A DNA stretch of 47,841 nucleotides from Candidatus Margulisiibacteriota bacterium (GTDB lineage Bacteria; Margulisbacteria; WOR-1; O2-12-FULL-45-9): assembly GCA_043816785.1 (NCBI GenBank), contig JBDRHP010000005.1:1-47841 (forward strand), read 5' to 3'. Position numbers and translations under genes: made by a program. Below are positions 8,856 through 17,743 of the stretch, piece by piece. Below the pieces are notes generated by a model. That model was not told the DNA's origin. It saw only the letters and a program-made list of their open reading frames with translations, and did no database searches. The first letter of the stretch is position 1. The number at the start of each line of letters is the position of its first letter.

Positions 8856-10193
8856 GTGAGCAGGCTAAAAGGCAAAAATTTACCCGAAGGGGCGCTTAAA
8901 ATAACCAAAACCCTCAAGGCCAAAGGGCACCAGGCTTATTTGGTCGGCGGCTGCGTGCGTGATCTTTTACTGGATCTGCCGGTCAAAGAATGGGACATCA
9001 CCACCTCAGCTAAACCAACAGAGGTAAGTTCGCTTTTCCATAAAGTCGTGCCCACTGGTATTGAATACGGCACGGTCACGGCCTTAGTTGATCAAGGAAC
9101 CTATGAGGTTACAACCTTTAGGTCAGATGAAAAATATGTGGATGGCAGGCATCCAGCTAACGTTGCTTTTACTGATGACCTCCATAAAGATTTAGCCCGA
9201 AGGGACTTCACCATCAACGCCCTGGCCTATGATCCTGAAACAGACCAGCTGATCGATGATTTTGAGGGCCAGCAGGACCTGAAAAACAAGTTGATCAAAA
9301 CAGTGGGCAACCCAATTGATCGCTTTTCAGAAGACGGCTTGCGCTCGGTGCGCGCCTGCCGCTTTGCAGCCAAGTTGGGGTTTACGATCGAAAAAAGCAC
9401 TTTAGCCGCTATTCCCAAAACCCTCGAGGTAACAAAAAAGGTCGCGGCTGAGCGTCTTCATGATGAATTGGTTAAAATGCTGGCCGCTGACCAACCTTCC
9501 ATTGGCCTTGAGCTAATGCGCCAAACCGGCCTACTCAGTTTGATCCTCCCCGAGTTAGAAGTTTGCCATGGTATTGACCAGCCGCCCAAGTTTCACAAAT
9601 ACGACGTTTACTGGCACAGTCTATATGCCTGCGACGCCGCGCCCAAAGATAACCTGCCCGTTCGTCTGGCTGCCCTGCTCCATGATATTGCTAAACCAGC
9701 CTGCAAAGTTGATTACACTTTCTACAATCACGACAAAGTCGGGGCCAAAACCTGTGAGGAAATCTTAAAAAGGCTGAAATTCAGCAACCATGACATAAAA
9801 AAAGTGAGCAACCTGGTGGACAATCACATGTTCAATTACACTGCGCAATGGAGCGACGCCGCGGTGCGCCGCTTTATCCGCCGGATTGGCGGCGTGCAAA
9901 ATGTTGCAGATCTATTTGCTGTGCGGCAAGCCGATACCAGCGCCATGGAACAGGAGATCGGCTCACAGTACCTGATCGAGCTGCAGCAAAGAATTGATAA
10001 GATCATCAAAGAAGAGCACGCGCTGGACGTTTCAGACCTCAAGGTTGACGGCCAGGATATTATGAAGGCCCTCAAGATCAAACCAGGGCCTAAAGTCGGC
10101 CAAATATTACACCAACTGCTGGAAAAAGCCCTTGATGATCCCAAGCTCAATCAGCGCGCCACGCTGCTCAAATTAATTAAAGAGCATGAATAA
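8856..10193 (+). CDS. cca: Class II tRNA nucleotidyltransferase (CCA-adding) with HD domain
   Basis: LVGGCVRD, EVTTFR, DLARRDFTINA, EDGLR, ERLHDEL, LLHDIAKP. Confidence 0.9.
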   Translation: MSRLKGKNLPEGALKITKTLKAKGHQAYLVGGCVRDLLLDLPVKEWDITTSAKPTEVSSLFHKVVPTGIEYGTVTALVDQGTYEVTTFRSDEKYVDGRHPANVAFTDDLHKDLARRDFTINALAYDPETDQLIDDFEGQQDLKNKLIKTVGNPIDRFSEDGLRSVRACRFAAKLGFTIEKSTLAAIPKTLEVTKKVAAERLHDELVKMLAADQPSIGLELMRQTGLLSLILPELEVCHGIDQPPKFHKYDVYWHSLYACDAAPKDNLPVRLAALLHDIAKPACKVDYTFYNHDKVGAKTCEEILKRLKFSNHDIKKVSNLVDNHMFNYTAQWSDAAVRRFIRRIGGVQNVADLFAVRQADTSAMEQEIGSQYLIELQQRIDKIIKEEHALDVSDLKVDGQDIMKALKIKPGPKVGQILHQLLEKALDDPKLNQRATLLKLIKEHE

Positions 10194-11217
10194 AAAAAAC
10201 ATCACCGCTGTTTTTCTCGCCTTGATCCTGGCCGGATCCGCCCTGGCCAAAGTGGAAATCAAGTTAATCCAGGGAAACCGCGACCGGGGCTTTGATTATC
10301 TGGATATTTATACCTCTGACAATGTTAAAGCCACCGGCTTGCTGCTTGAAAACCAGTTGTTGATCGACTTTCCCGATACAGAAATCGCCAAAGATATCAC
10401 TATCTCAAAAAAATATCTTGAAAAATCAAAGCGGATCAAGGATGTTCGCATTGAACAGCTTGACACCAAGACCACCCGGGTCATTATTGACCTAAAAAAT
10501 GAAATTGATTACGACATTGTTAATGTCTTTGGCCGCAACAAAAATGTCATTGAGATCAGCGACCGGGTCGGCCAGGCAGCCCGCATTATGGCTGCCTGGG
10601 AAAAAGCCAACCTGCAAAAGAAGGGAGAGGAGCTTAAGCCTTATAAATATGCCGAGGGCAAAGGGCAAGCCCTGCGCGGCAAAGTCATTGTCCTTGATCC
10701 AGGACACGGGGGAAAAGATCCCGGCTCATTTTCCTTAAACGGAGTTCCCGAAAAACACTTAACCCTGCAGCTGGCCAGAAAAATAGCCAGCTTGTTAAGC
10801 GACTCCGGCGCAACAGTTTATTTAACCCGCAATAACGATCGCACTTGCAGCATAAAAGACATTGTAAAATTTACCAACAGCAAAAATGCCGACATTTTTA
10901 TTTCCATCCATTATAATTATTATTACCAAAGGGACATCTCTGGAACGGAAACCTATTATTATAACCGCCAGAGCCGGGGATTAGCCCTGGAGATCCATCG
11001 TTCCCTGGTTCAGGGAATAAAACGAAAAGATCGGGGTCTCCGCCAAGCCATGTTTTATACTATCCACCACACCGAGATGCCGGCAGTTCTGTTGGAACCT
11101 CTTTATATAAGCAATCAAAAAGAAAGCGAACTAGCTGGTTCTGCTAAATTCCAGGCAGAGATGGCTCAAGACATCCTAAGGGGGGTAAAAGCCTATTTCC
11201 GAAGTAATTCTAGTTAG
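10186..11217 (+). CDS. N-acetylmuramoyl-L-alanine amidase (AMIN + Amidase_3)
   Basis: Signal peptide, RVIIDL AMIN motif, LDPGHGGKDPG, EK, ISIHYN, MPAVLLE. Confidence 0.9.
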   Translation: MNKKNITAVFLALILAGSALAKVEIKLIQGNRDRGFDYLDIYTSDNVKATGLLLENQLLIDFPDTEIAKDITISKKYLEKSKRIKDVRIEQLDTKTTRVIIDLKNEIDYDIVNVFGRNKNVIEISDRVGQAARIMAAWEKANLQKKGEELKPYKYAEGKGQALRGKVIVLDPGHGGKDPGSFSLNGVPEKHLTLQLARKIASLLSDSGATVYLTRNNDRTCSIKDIVKFTNSKNADIFISIHYNYYYQRDISGTETYYYNRQSRGLALEIHRSLVQGIKRKDRGLRQAMFYTIHHTEMPAVLLEPLYISNQKESELAGSAKFQAEMAQDILRGVKAYFRSNSS

Positions 11218-11239
11218 AAAAGTCGTTACCGAACGGGTT

Positions 11240-12079
11240 GTGACAAAAACCGGTGGCAAGCAGAGGGCGGAGAAAACCATTCCCTCTTCGCCGATCGGCA
11301 TTTTTGACTCCGGTGTGGGCGGGCTAACCGTGTTTTCTCAGATAATGAAGAAACTTCCCTATGAAGACATTATTTATCTGGCGGACACTGCCCGCGTTCC
11401 TTATGGAGGAAGGACTCCTCAAGAGATCATTAAAATAAACCATGAGATAATTCCTTATCTCATCAAGCAGGAGGCCAAGATGATAATCATGGCCTGCGGC
11501 ACTTCTTCTGCTATCGCTTTTCCAGTAGTAAAGGATGAGTATCCTTTGCATATTATTAATCTAATTGATCCGGGTGCCCGCGCCGCCAGCGCTGCTACAA
11601 AATCCGGCCGCATAGGAGTGATGGCAACCGCAGCAACTGTTAATTCACATGCCTACCAGAAGCAGCTCAAGGAACTCAAGCCCGAAGCAGAAGTCCACGC
11701 GATCGGCTGTCCACTTTTTGTTCCTTTGATTGAGGGCGGCTTTATTGAAGCTGAAGAAACAAAACGGGTTGCTAAAGAATATCTTAAACCATTGCTCAAA
11801 GCCAAGGTCGATACCTTGATCCTGGGCTGCACCCACTACCCCCATCTTGCCAAGGTGCTTCAGTCTATTGCCGGACCAAACGTTGTGCTTATTGATCCGG
11901 CTGAGGAAGCGGTGGAAGATGCCAAGAAAATGCTTAAGAAAGCTGGGACTCTTAAGACCAATGCAGTACCAGCAAAATACCAATATCTAGTAACCGGCTC
12001 CCCCATTCAATTCCAGGACCTGGGCAGCCGGCTGCTGGGCAAACCTATTATTGGCGCCAAGCAGGTGACACTTCCCTGA
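11240..12079 (+). CDS. murI: Glutamate racemase
   Basis: PIGIFDSGVGGLTV, PYG, ACGTSS, ILGCTHYP. Confidence 0.95.
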   Translation: MTKTGGKQRAEKTIPSSPIGIFDSGVGGLTVFSQIMKKLPYEDIIYLADTARVPYGGRTPQEIIKINHEIIPYLIKQEAKMIIMACGTSSAIAFPVVKDEYPLHIINLIDPGARAASAATKSGRIGVMATAATVNSHAYQKQLKELKPEAEVHAIGCPLFVPLIEGGFIEAEETKRVAKEYLKPLLKAKVDTLILGCTHYPHLAKVLQSIAGPNVVLIDPAEEAVEDAKKMLKKAGTLKTNAVPAKYQYLVTGSPIQFQDLGSRLLGKPIIGAKQVTLP

Positions 12080-12099
12080 AAATCCTGTAAAATTATTCT

Positions 12100-12456
12100 A
12101 TGTTCGAATTAATGGTGGAAGAAAGCTTTGCGGCAGCCCATGCCTTGCGTGAGTACCGCGGCCCTTGCGAAAACCTCCATGGACATAATTGGAAGGTCCA
12201 GGTTTTTCTGCAGGGAGAAAAACTCAATAAGATCGGCCTACTGGAAGATTTTAAAGTTATCAAAAGCAAACTCAATGATGTCTTGGCGGAATTTGACCAC
12301 AAGCTGCTAAACGATATCCCGCCTTTTGATATTGAAAACCCTTCTTCCGAAAACCTGGCCAAGATTATTTTTAAAAAGCTGAAGAAAAAGATCAAATCGA
12401 TCAATAAGGTCGCTGTTTGGGAATCACCTACAGCACAAGCAAATTATTGGGAGTAG
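12100..12456 (+). CDS. queD: 6-carboxy-5,6,7,8-tetrahydropterin synthase
   Basis: FAAAH, CENLHGHNW, DHKLLND, NPSSENLA, VWES. Confidence 0.93.
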   Translation: MFELMVEESFAAAHALREYRGPCENLHGHNWKVQVFLQGEKLNKIGLLEDFKVIKSKLNDVLAEFDHKLLNDIPPFDIENPSSENLAKIIFKKLKKKIKSINKVAVWESPTAQANYWE

Positions 12457-12459
12457 CTT

Positions 12460-13269
12460 ATGACAGAAATAAATTTTACAAAAATGCATGGTCTTGGTAA
12501 CGACTTCATATTAATCGACAGCCGCAAAGAAAAACTGGAAGGAATTGACCTCAAACAACTGGCCATTGATCTCTGTGACCGGCATTTCAGCATCGGGGCA
12601 GATGGATTGCTGATCGTCTGGCCATCCCAAAAAGCCCACTACCGCATGCAGATCTTTAATCCGGATGGTTCAGAGCCGGAAATGTGCGGCAACGGCATCC
12701 GTTGTTTTGCCAAATATGTTTATGAAGCCGACCAGTTAAAAGAAGAGGTCCTCTCCGTTGAAACTTTATCAGGCATCATGCTGCCGGCGGTGATCAAAGA
12801 CCTGGCCGGCCAAGTCATTGGTGTGGAAGTGGACATGGGCCTGCCCAAGGACGAAGGCGAAGTAAGCCTGCATGGTTATAAGTTTAAGAAAATCAACATG
12901 GGCAATCCGCATGCGGTCGCGTTTGTTGACGATCCGGCAAAACTGGATCTTTACGATCTGGGCTCCAAGATCGAAAATGACCGCCATTTTCCCAACCGCA
13001 CCAATGTGGAGTTCGTTCGGGTCTTAAATGAGAAGGAACTCGAAGTGCTGGTCTGGGAACGCGGGGCTGGCGAGACCCTGGCCTGCGGAACCGGCGCCTG
13101 CGCCAGTGTGGCGGCCGCGATCTTGGATGGCAAAACCGGCAAACGCGTACTTGTCCACCTGCCGGGAGGGAATCTGGATATCGAATGGGCCGAAGACAAG
13201 CATATTTTGATGCGCGGCCCGGCGGAAAAGGTGTTTGAAGGAAAATATCTTCTCCCGCAAGTTGATTGA
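12460..13269 (+). CDS. dapF: Diaminopimelate epimerase
   Basis: KMHGLGNDF, EMCGNGIRC, MGNPH, ERGAGETLACGTG. Confidence 0.97.
   Translation: MTEINFTKMHGLGNDFILIDSRKEKLEGIDLKQLAIDLCDRHFSIGADGLLIVWPSQKAHYRMQIFNPDGSEPEMCGNGIRCFAKYVYEADQLKEEVLSVETLSGIMLPAVIKDLAGQVIGVEVDMGLPKDEGEVSLHGYKFKKINMGNPHAVAFVDDPAKLDLYDLGSKIENDRHFPNRTNVEFVRVLNEKELEVLVWERGAGETLACGTGACASVAAAILDGKTGKRVLVHLPGGNLDIEWAEDKHILMRGPAEKVFEGKYLLPQVD
13213..13248 (+). repeat. dapF 3'-end segment, repeated at 13949-13984
   Basis: cgcggcccggcggaaaaggtgtttgaaggaaaatat; 34/36 identical to the downstream copy. Confidence 0.9.
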
Positions 13270-13275
13270 AGCATT

Positions 13276-13617
13276 ATGAAAATAGTCGATAATCAGATCA
13301 CTCACAAAGAATTAAAAGAAATGGCGGCGGCTAGTTTCGGCAATATGATCAAAGCGGTCGTTGATCTAAAAAAGGGGATCATGGCTGTCGACGCTCCGCT
13401 CCATGCCGATGAAGAGGCCCTGCTGCTTGAACACGGCTCAAAAAACGAGGATCTCTGGGGGATCAATCTTTATCCTGACCTGACCGGACCAGATCTTATC
13501 GAATATGATTCAATGATCAATCTCCGGCCGGCGCAGAACAACCAGACCAGAGGCGTGGAAGATCCTGCTATTCGGCAAAATATCGCCGCGCTGGTCAACA
13601 AATTGGTGATCGGATGA
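13276..13617 (+). CDS. DUF5674-like protein
   Basis: KAVVD...HADEEALLLE.GS..EDLWGINLYP...IEYDSMINLRP.Q.N motif. Confidence 0.75.
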   Translation: MKIVDNQITHKELKEMAAASFGNMIKAVVDLKKGIMAVDAPLHADEEALLLEHGSKNEDLWGINLYPDLTGPDLIEYDSMINLRPAQNNQTRGVEDPAIRQNIAALVNKLVIG

Positions 13618-13946
13618 ATCATCAGCATCAGGGTCTTTCGGCTGAAAGATGGGCCAAATTAACCTTGTATCAGCAAATGGCCAATATTGGCAGCGAGGTC
13701 GGCCGGGCGCTTAATTGGCGGACCAAAGGGAACGAGGAATACAGCCGTCTGGCTTTTTACCGGTCATTGGAATTGCTGGACCTGACGCTTGAGGTAGACC
13801 GCAAACCTTCTCACCTGAAGGAAATGACTCGGTTGCGCGAATGCTTAGTCGATTATTTTGCCGGGGGCAACCAATACGATTCTTCGGCCACCTCTTGGAA
13901 AAAATATTTCCATCCCTTCAATTTCGCGGCCCGAGCCTCACGTTAA
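13614..13946 (+). CDS. Conserved helical hypothetical protein, coupled to the DUF5674-like gene
   Basis: ATGA overlap with the upstream gene; QMANIGSEVGRA, LELLDLT, E..RLRE..VDYF pattern. Confidence 0.7.
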   Translation: MNHQHQGLSAERWAKLTLYQQMANIGSEVGRALNWRTKGNEEYSRLAFYRSLELLDLTLEVDRKPSHLKEMTRLRECLVDYFAGGNQYDSSATSWKKYFHPFNFAARASR

Positions 13947-13984
13947 TCCGCGGCCCGGCGGAAAAGGTTTTTGAAGGGAAATAT
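13925..13984 (+). repeat. Junction repeat A (cgcggcccg-N15-cgcggcccg) running into a duplicate of the dapF 3' end
   Basis: 13925-13959 is 34/35 identical to 15907-15941; 13949-13984 copies dapF 13213-13248. Confidence 0.9.
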
Positions 13985-14008
13985 TTCCTACAACATCTTC
14001 AGTGATTT

Positions 14009-15124
14009 TTAATAAAATTTAAATTTAATTAAATTAACAATTACATTTTTGCCGGCTTTAGATCCCAGCAAATAAATATGATTCCCAGATGGAGTAACAG
14101 CAATATCGCTAAAATACGGCGGACTTTCTAGTTGTTTTTTTGCAACAGGCACACCCACCTGATTAAATTTGCAGAGGGTGGGAGTGCCCAGAGTTATGGG
14201 AGTGGATTCTGATCCTCCTGATTTAATTGTTTGTGGAAGAAAGAGCGCATAAACATTGTACGCGGAATCAACCGCTACGCGATCTCTCCAACCACTAAAG
14301 ATGCCACTCCAATAGACAAGGTTGCTAGTCGACCAATCGTATGCCATGGGATCAAGCTTTAAGATCACAGTAGTGTTTTTCCAAGCCGCCACTAATGGTT
14401 CCTCGTAAAGTCCATAAGGAAAACCCCTGAGATAGCAGTTCCCTTCTGAATCCACCGCCAAAAACCCTTGTACCCACGCCATACCACCTAAGTATTCTTT
14501 GCTTACTATTATCTCTCCGTTAGAATCAAAGATTAAAAGCGAAGTTAATGGCGTGTTTGGATCGTTAAATATCGCATAAACTTTTCCAGAAGGCTGAACA
14601 TGGAGAGAGTTAGGACCATCATACAATATTTTCCCCCAATCGGTAATTTTCTTTCCGGTCGAGTCAATTTTCTTGATGGCGCTTTCTGTTCCTACTGTTC
14701 TTGCGGCAATATAAACATTTTTGGAATTATCAACACCTATATCAAATATGCCCTTAAACTGGCCGCCTACCACCCCATTATTTCCCCATGCAGCATCAGG
14801 CACTCCAGCAGAAGAAAATTTTCTTATAACAGAGACGTTGTATCCCCCCATATAAATAGAACCCTCGGAATCAATTGCCAATCTGTCTGCGCCATCAAAA
14901 GGAAAATACCAACTTTTTGCTTCAATATACTTTTCAGAAAAAGTAATAGTGGTGGTGGTAGTAACGGGAGCAAGGTCTCCTTTCTCTCCCGCTTTAGGCG
15001 GCCAGTTTTTTTGCGGCACAATAGGGGACATCCTTCTTGTTGCCGCCACAGCAACAAACATCGAGGACATTAAAACAAAAAACAGAAACACAGTAACCAC
15101 TAGCAAAATCTTCTTTCTCATCAC
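14009..15124 (-). CDS. Secreted NHL/SBBP-like beta-propeller protein, paralog 1
   Basis: Signal peptide MMRKKILLVV, Pro/Thr linker, repeated (L/V)A(I/V)DS.G..Y blades; AAGGAGG RBS. Confidence 0.75.
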   Translation of the reverse strand: MMRKKILLVVTVFLFFVLMSSMFVAVAATRRMSPIVPQKNWPPKAGEKGDLAPVTTTTTITFSEKYIEAKSWYFPFDGADRLAIDSEGSIYMGGYNVSVIRKFSSAGVPDAAWGNNGVVGGQFKGIFDIGVDNSKNVYIAARTVGTESAIKKIDSTGKKITDWGKILYDGPNSLHVQPSGKVYAIFNDPNTPLTSLLIFDSNGEIIVSKEYLGGMAWVQGFLAVDSEGNCYLRGFPYGLYEEPLVAAWKNTTVILKLDPMAYDWSTSNLVYWSGIFSGWRDRVAVDSAYNVYALFLPQTIKSGGSESTPITLGTPTLCKFNQVGVPVAKKQLESPPYFSDIAVTPSGNHIYLLGSKAGKNVIVNLIKFKFY

Positions 15125-15241
15125 TTTTTACCTCCTTCGTTTTTTCGGATATCCTGATCCCCTAATATCCAGATACCCCATTCTACCCCCCCCCCCCCCA
15201 GAAAAAGTCAACGCCGGTTTGGCTCATCAGCAAAATCCTCA
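15102..15241. repeat. Repeat B: shared start, leader and promoter region of the two beta-propeller genes (copy 1)
   Basis: Aligns with 16954-17088 from agcaaaatcttctttctcatcac through cagcaaaatcctca. Confidence 0.9.
15180..15211 (-). promoter_or_regulatory. sigma70 promoter with poly-G spacer: TTGACT-ttttct-G14-TAGAAT (20 bp spacer)
   Basis: C14 tract at 15186-15199 lies between attcta and agtcaa on the + strand. Confidence 0.75.
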
Positions 15242-15304
15242 GGCGCAGCCTAGGTGGGGAAAAATCGCTTTTTTTGTGCTTTTTTTTGTGTTAAAATCTG
15301 TCAT

Positions 15305-15487
15305 ATGCCAATATTTAAGGCCCGAAAAAGCAACGAAAAAAAGGAATTGGAGTTTGAGCTTAAGTATCAGCGGTCGCTTTCGCTGACCGAAAGATTCCGC
15401 ATGGCGCTTCGCCAATCAAGATTGGTCCTCCAGATGTTGATCAACCATGGACATAGAAAACCTGCTGAAATTATTAAAAGAGCATAA
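15305..15487 (+). CDS. Small basic protein, putative antitoxin/partner of the downstream nucleotidyltransferase
   Basis: 60 aa from ATG 15305 (TGnTAAAAT 7 nt upstream); SLSLTERF motif; overlaps the next gene. Confidence 0.55.
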   Translation: MPIFKARKSNEKKELEFELKYQRSLSLTERFRMALRQSRLVLQMLINHGHRKPAEIIKRA

Positions 15488-15884
15488 AGTAAAATTCGTA
15501 ATTATCGGGGCGATGGCCTTCCCCGCCTATGGTTATTCAAGGGTAACCCTGGACACGGACATCTTTATCGAACCAACTGAAAAGAACGCGGAAAACACCT
15601 GGAAAGCGCTTAAAAGATTTGGTTATGATATTGCCGATATCACCATTAATGACCTGCTCACCAAAAAATTATTGATCAGGCAATATCTGGTTGAAACTGA
15701 CATCCATCCATTTGTAACCGGTGCTACCTTCGAGGAAGTATGGAAACACAAGAAAACCGGCAAAATAGGGACCATTTCCGTTTATTTCGCTTCTTTGAAC
15801 GATCTGATAAAAATGAAAAAAGCTGCCGGACGGAAAAAAGACAAAGAAGACCTCAAAATACTGAAAATGTTACATGAGCAATAA
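15447..15884 (+). CDS. Nucleotidyltransferase (DUF6036/MNT-like), putative TA component
   Basis: VIIGAMA...R.T.DTDI pol-beta motif; LIKMKKAAGR.KD.EDL C-terminal motif. Confidence 0.8.
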   Translation: MDIENLLKLLKEHKVKFVIIGAMAFPAYGYSRVTLDTDIFIEPTEKNAENTWKALKRFGYDIADITINDLLTKKLLIRQYLVETDIHPFVTGATFEEVWKHKKTGKIGTISVYFASLNDLIKMKKAAGRKKDKEDLKILKMLHEQ

Positions 15885-15906
15885 CAAATAATCCCGCCAC
15901 CTAATG

Positions 15907-15941
15907 CGCGGCCCGAGCCTCACGTTGATCCGCGGCCCGGC
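15907..15941 (+). repeat. Junction repeat A, copy 2
   Basis: cgcggcccgagcctcacgttgatccgcggcccggc, preceded by atg as in dapF (atgcgcggcccg). Confidence 0.9.
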
Positions 15942-15944
15942 AAG

Positions 15945-15974
15945 AAAAAAGCCGCCGGAGATTTCCGACGGCTT
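15945..15974 (-). terminator. Intrinsic terminator of beta-propeller paralog 2
   Basis: AAGCCGTCGGA-AATC-TCCGGCGGCTT followed by a T run on the minus strand. Confidence 0.7.
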
Positions 15975-15995
15975 AAAAATTGGTAGCGCCAAAAA

Positions 15996-16976
15996 TTACC
16001 GTTTTAGATAGGGTTTTGGTATGGCTTGAACCTTATAAGTTAATCTTACAATGCCTCCCTGGCCAACATCGATAACTCCGACCAGATAAATATTATTTCC
16101 AGATGGATCAACAGCCACATCGTAAAAAGGCCCTCCCGCCGGTTTTTTTACCTTAATTATTAGATTGCCCGCCTTTCCAAATTTGAAAATGATATTGCCA
16201 TCCTTGTCTCCCATCGGCTTAAGCACATAAACATTATATGAAGAGTCAATCACCACACGTTCGTTCATGCTATTTATCATGCCAACGTCGTAAGTCGCTA
16301 ATACATTAGTGCCCCCCGGATCGCGCTTGGTAATTTTCCCTCCTCCATCATTAAGATAAAAATTCCCCGCGGAATCCACCGCCAAAAATCCTAGTCCCCA
16401 CATCCCCTGCACCTCTTTTTTTGCAAAAACAGTTTCGCCAGAATTAAATGTGTAAAGCCATGTTATTGGCTGTGGACCAAAAGCAAATACCGCAGAGACT
16501 TTCCCGGAAGACTGAACATGAAGAGCCGTAGGCCCCTGATATAATATTTGTCCCCAGTTAGTTATTTGCTTTCCATTCGGGCTAATTTTTTCAATGCGGC
16601 CGCTGGTCCAGCCCTCTGTTTCTGCGATATAAACATTTTTATTCGCGTCAACTCCCATATCAATTACGGATTTTAGCTGACCGCCCGCCACGCCGTTGGT
16701 CCCCCAAGTAGTATCCAATAAACCGGAAGAAGAATATTTCCTTATGCTGCCACCCATCATATCTCCAGCCAAATAAATAGATCCCGAAGAATCAACCGCC
16801 AATCTCCCTACATTAACATTAGGGACATCCCACCTTTTGGTTTCAACATAGGAATAGGACGTGGGCGCAGGTGTCGGCCCCGGCTTGCTTATCGCCGCCA
16901 TGGCAACAAACAAAAAGGATGTGGCAACAGAAAACAAAAACACGGCAACAACCAGCAAAATCTTCTTTCTCATCAC
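15996..16976 (-). CDS. Secreted NHL/SBBP-like beta-propeller protein, paralog 2
   Basis: Same signal peptide start and blade pattern as 14009-15124 (RLAVDSSGSIY, WGTNGVAGGQ, ITNWGQILYQGP, GFLAVDS). Confidence 0.75.
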   Translation of the reverse strand: MMRKKILLVVAVFLFSVATSFLFVAMAAISKPGPTPAPTSYSYVETKRWDVPNVNVGRLAVDSSGSIYLAGDMMGGSIRKYSSSGLLDTTWGTNGVAGGQLKSVIDMGVDANKNVYIAETEGWTSGRIEKISPNGKQITNWGQILYQGPTALHVQSSGKVSAVFAFGPQPITWLYTFNSGETVFAKKEVQGMWGLGFLAVDSAGNFYLNDGGGKITKRDPGGTNVLATYDVGMINSMNERVVIDSSYNVYVLKPMGDKDGNIIFKFGKAGNLIIKVKKPAGGPFYDVAVDPSGNNIYLVGVIDVGQGGIVRLTYKVQAIPKPYLKR

Positions 16977-17088
16977 TTTTACCTCCTTCGATTTTTTTCC
17001 GAATATCCTAATATCCTAATATCCAGATATCCTATTCTACCCCCCCCAGAAAAAGTCAATGCCAGTTTGGCTCTCAGCAAAATCCTCA
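16954..17088. repeat. Repeat B, copy 2
   Basis: Aligns with 15102-15241. Confidence 0.9.
17034..17059 (-). promoter_or_regulatory. sigma70 promoter with poly-G spacer: TTGACT-ttttct-G8-TAGAAT (14 bp spacer)
   Basis: C8 tract at 17040-17047 between attcta and agtcaa. Confidence 0.75.
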
Positions 17089-17152
17089 TGCGTGTTTGAC
17101 GAAAAATTTAAAAATAGAAGATTTAGTGGGGGAAAGGTACTATAATATCCCT

Positions 17153-17741
17153 ATGCTGGGACAAAAAGAAGTATATATCGTTAGCGGACCAAATGGTTCC
17201 GGGAAAACTACTTTTGTACGACAATTCCTGCCGGAATATGTCAATGTTAAAAACTTTGTTAATGCTGATGACATCGCGGTTGGGCTTTCCCCTTTTGATT
17301 ATTCATCGATGAATATTAAATCGGGAAAACTAATGCTGGGGTTGATAGACGAATATATCGGAAAAGGTGAATCATTTGGTTTTGAAACCACTCTGGCCGG
17401 AAAAAGATGGCTGAAAATGATGCGGGAATTAAAAGATGCCGGTTATAATATCTTCCTTTTCTTTTTAGATATTGCTTCAGCTGAATTAGCCATTTCAAGA
17501 ATTAAATACAGAGTTGAATCAGGCGGACACGATATCCCCGAAGAGACTGCACGTCGCAGATACATTCGCTCCAGAGCCAATTTTTGGTATAATTATAAGG
17601 CGATAGCTGATAATTGGTACTTGTTTGTTCGACAATTCAAGCAAGAACCCGGCAGTTGTCGCTAATAGTATAAAAGACAAGTTAACGATCATAACTTCCA
17701 AATACTATGATTTCTTTATTGCTTCAATTGAAGGAGCGTGA
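17153..17741 (+). pseudogene. Zeta-toxin-like P-loop ATPase, frameshifted by a 4 bp duplication
   Basis: GPNGSGKTT, FVNADDIA, FETTLAG, RVESGGHDIP; removing one TTGT at 17621-17628 restores WYLFDNS and a frame ending at 17741. Confidence 0.75.
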
Positions 17742-17743
17742 TC

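Noticed and set aside
8985-9000. EWD instead of DxD in motif A of the CCA enzyme
   Set aside because: Conservative acidic substitution with all other motifs intact; not enough to claim altered activity
15102-15240. agcaaaatcYtc at both ends of repeat B as an excision site
   Set aside because: Only 12 bp, AT-rich, and one copy is constrained by signal-peptide coding; may be chance
14949-15386. 145 aa ORF with a poly-Pro run, as a frameshift-type phase-variable gene
   Set aside because: The C tract is better explained as the spacer of the minus-strand promoter; the ORF is antisense to a real gene and is not preserved at the second copy
13925-17088. Propeller paralogs as a diversity-generating retroelement or shufflon
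   Set aside because: No reverse transcriptase or invertase; repeats are direct, and differences are not adenine-specific
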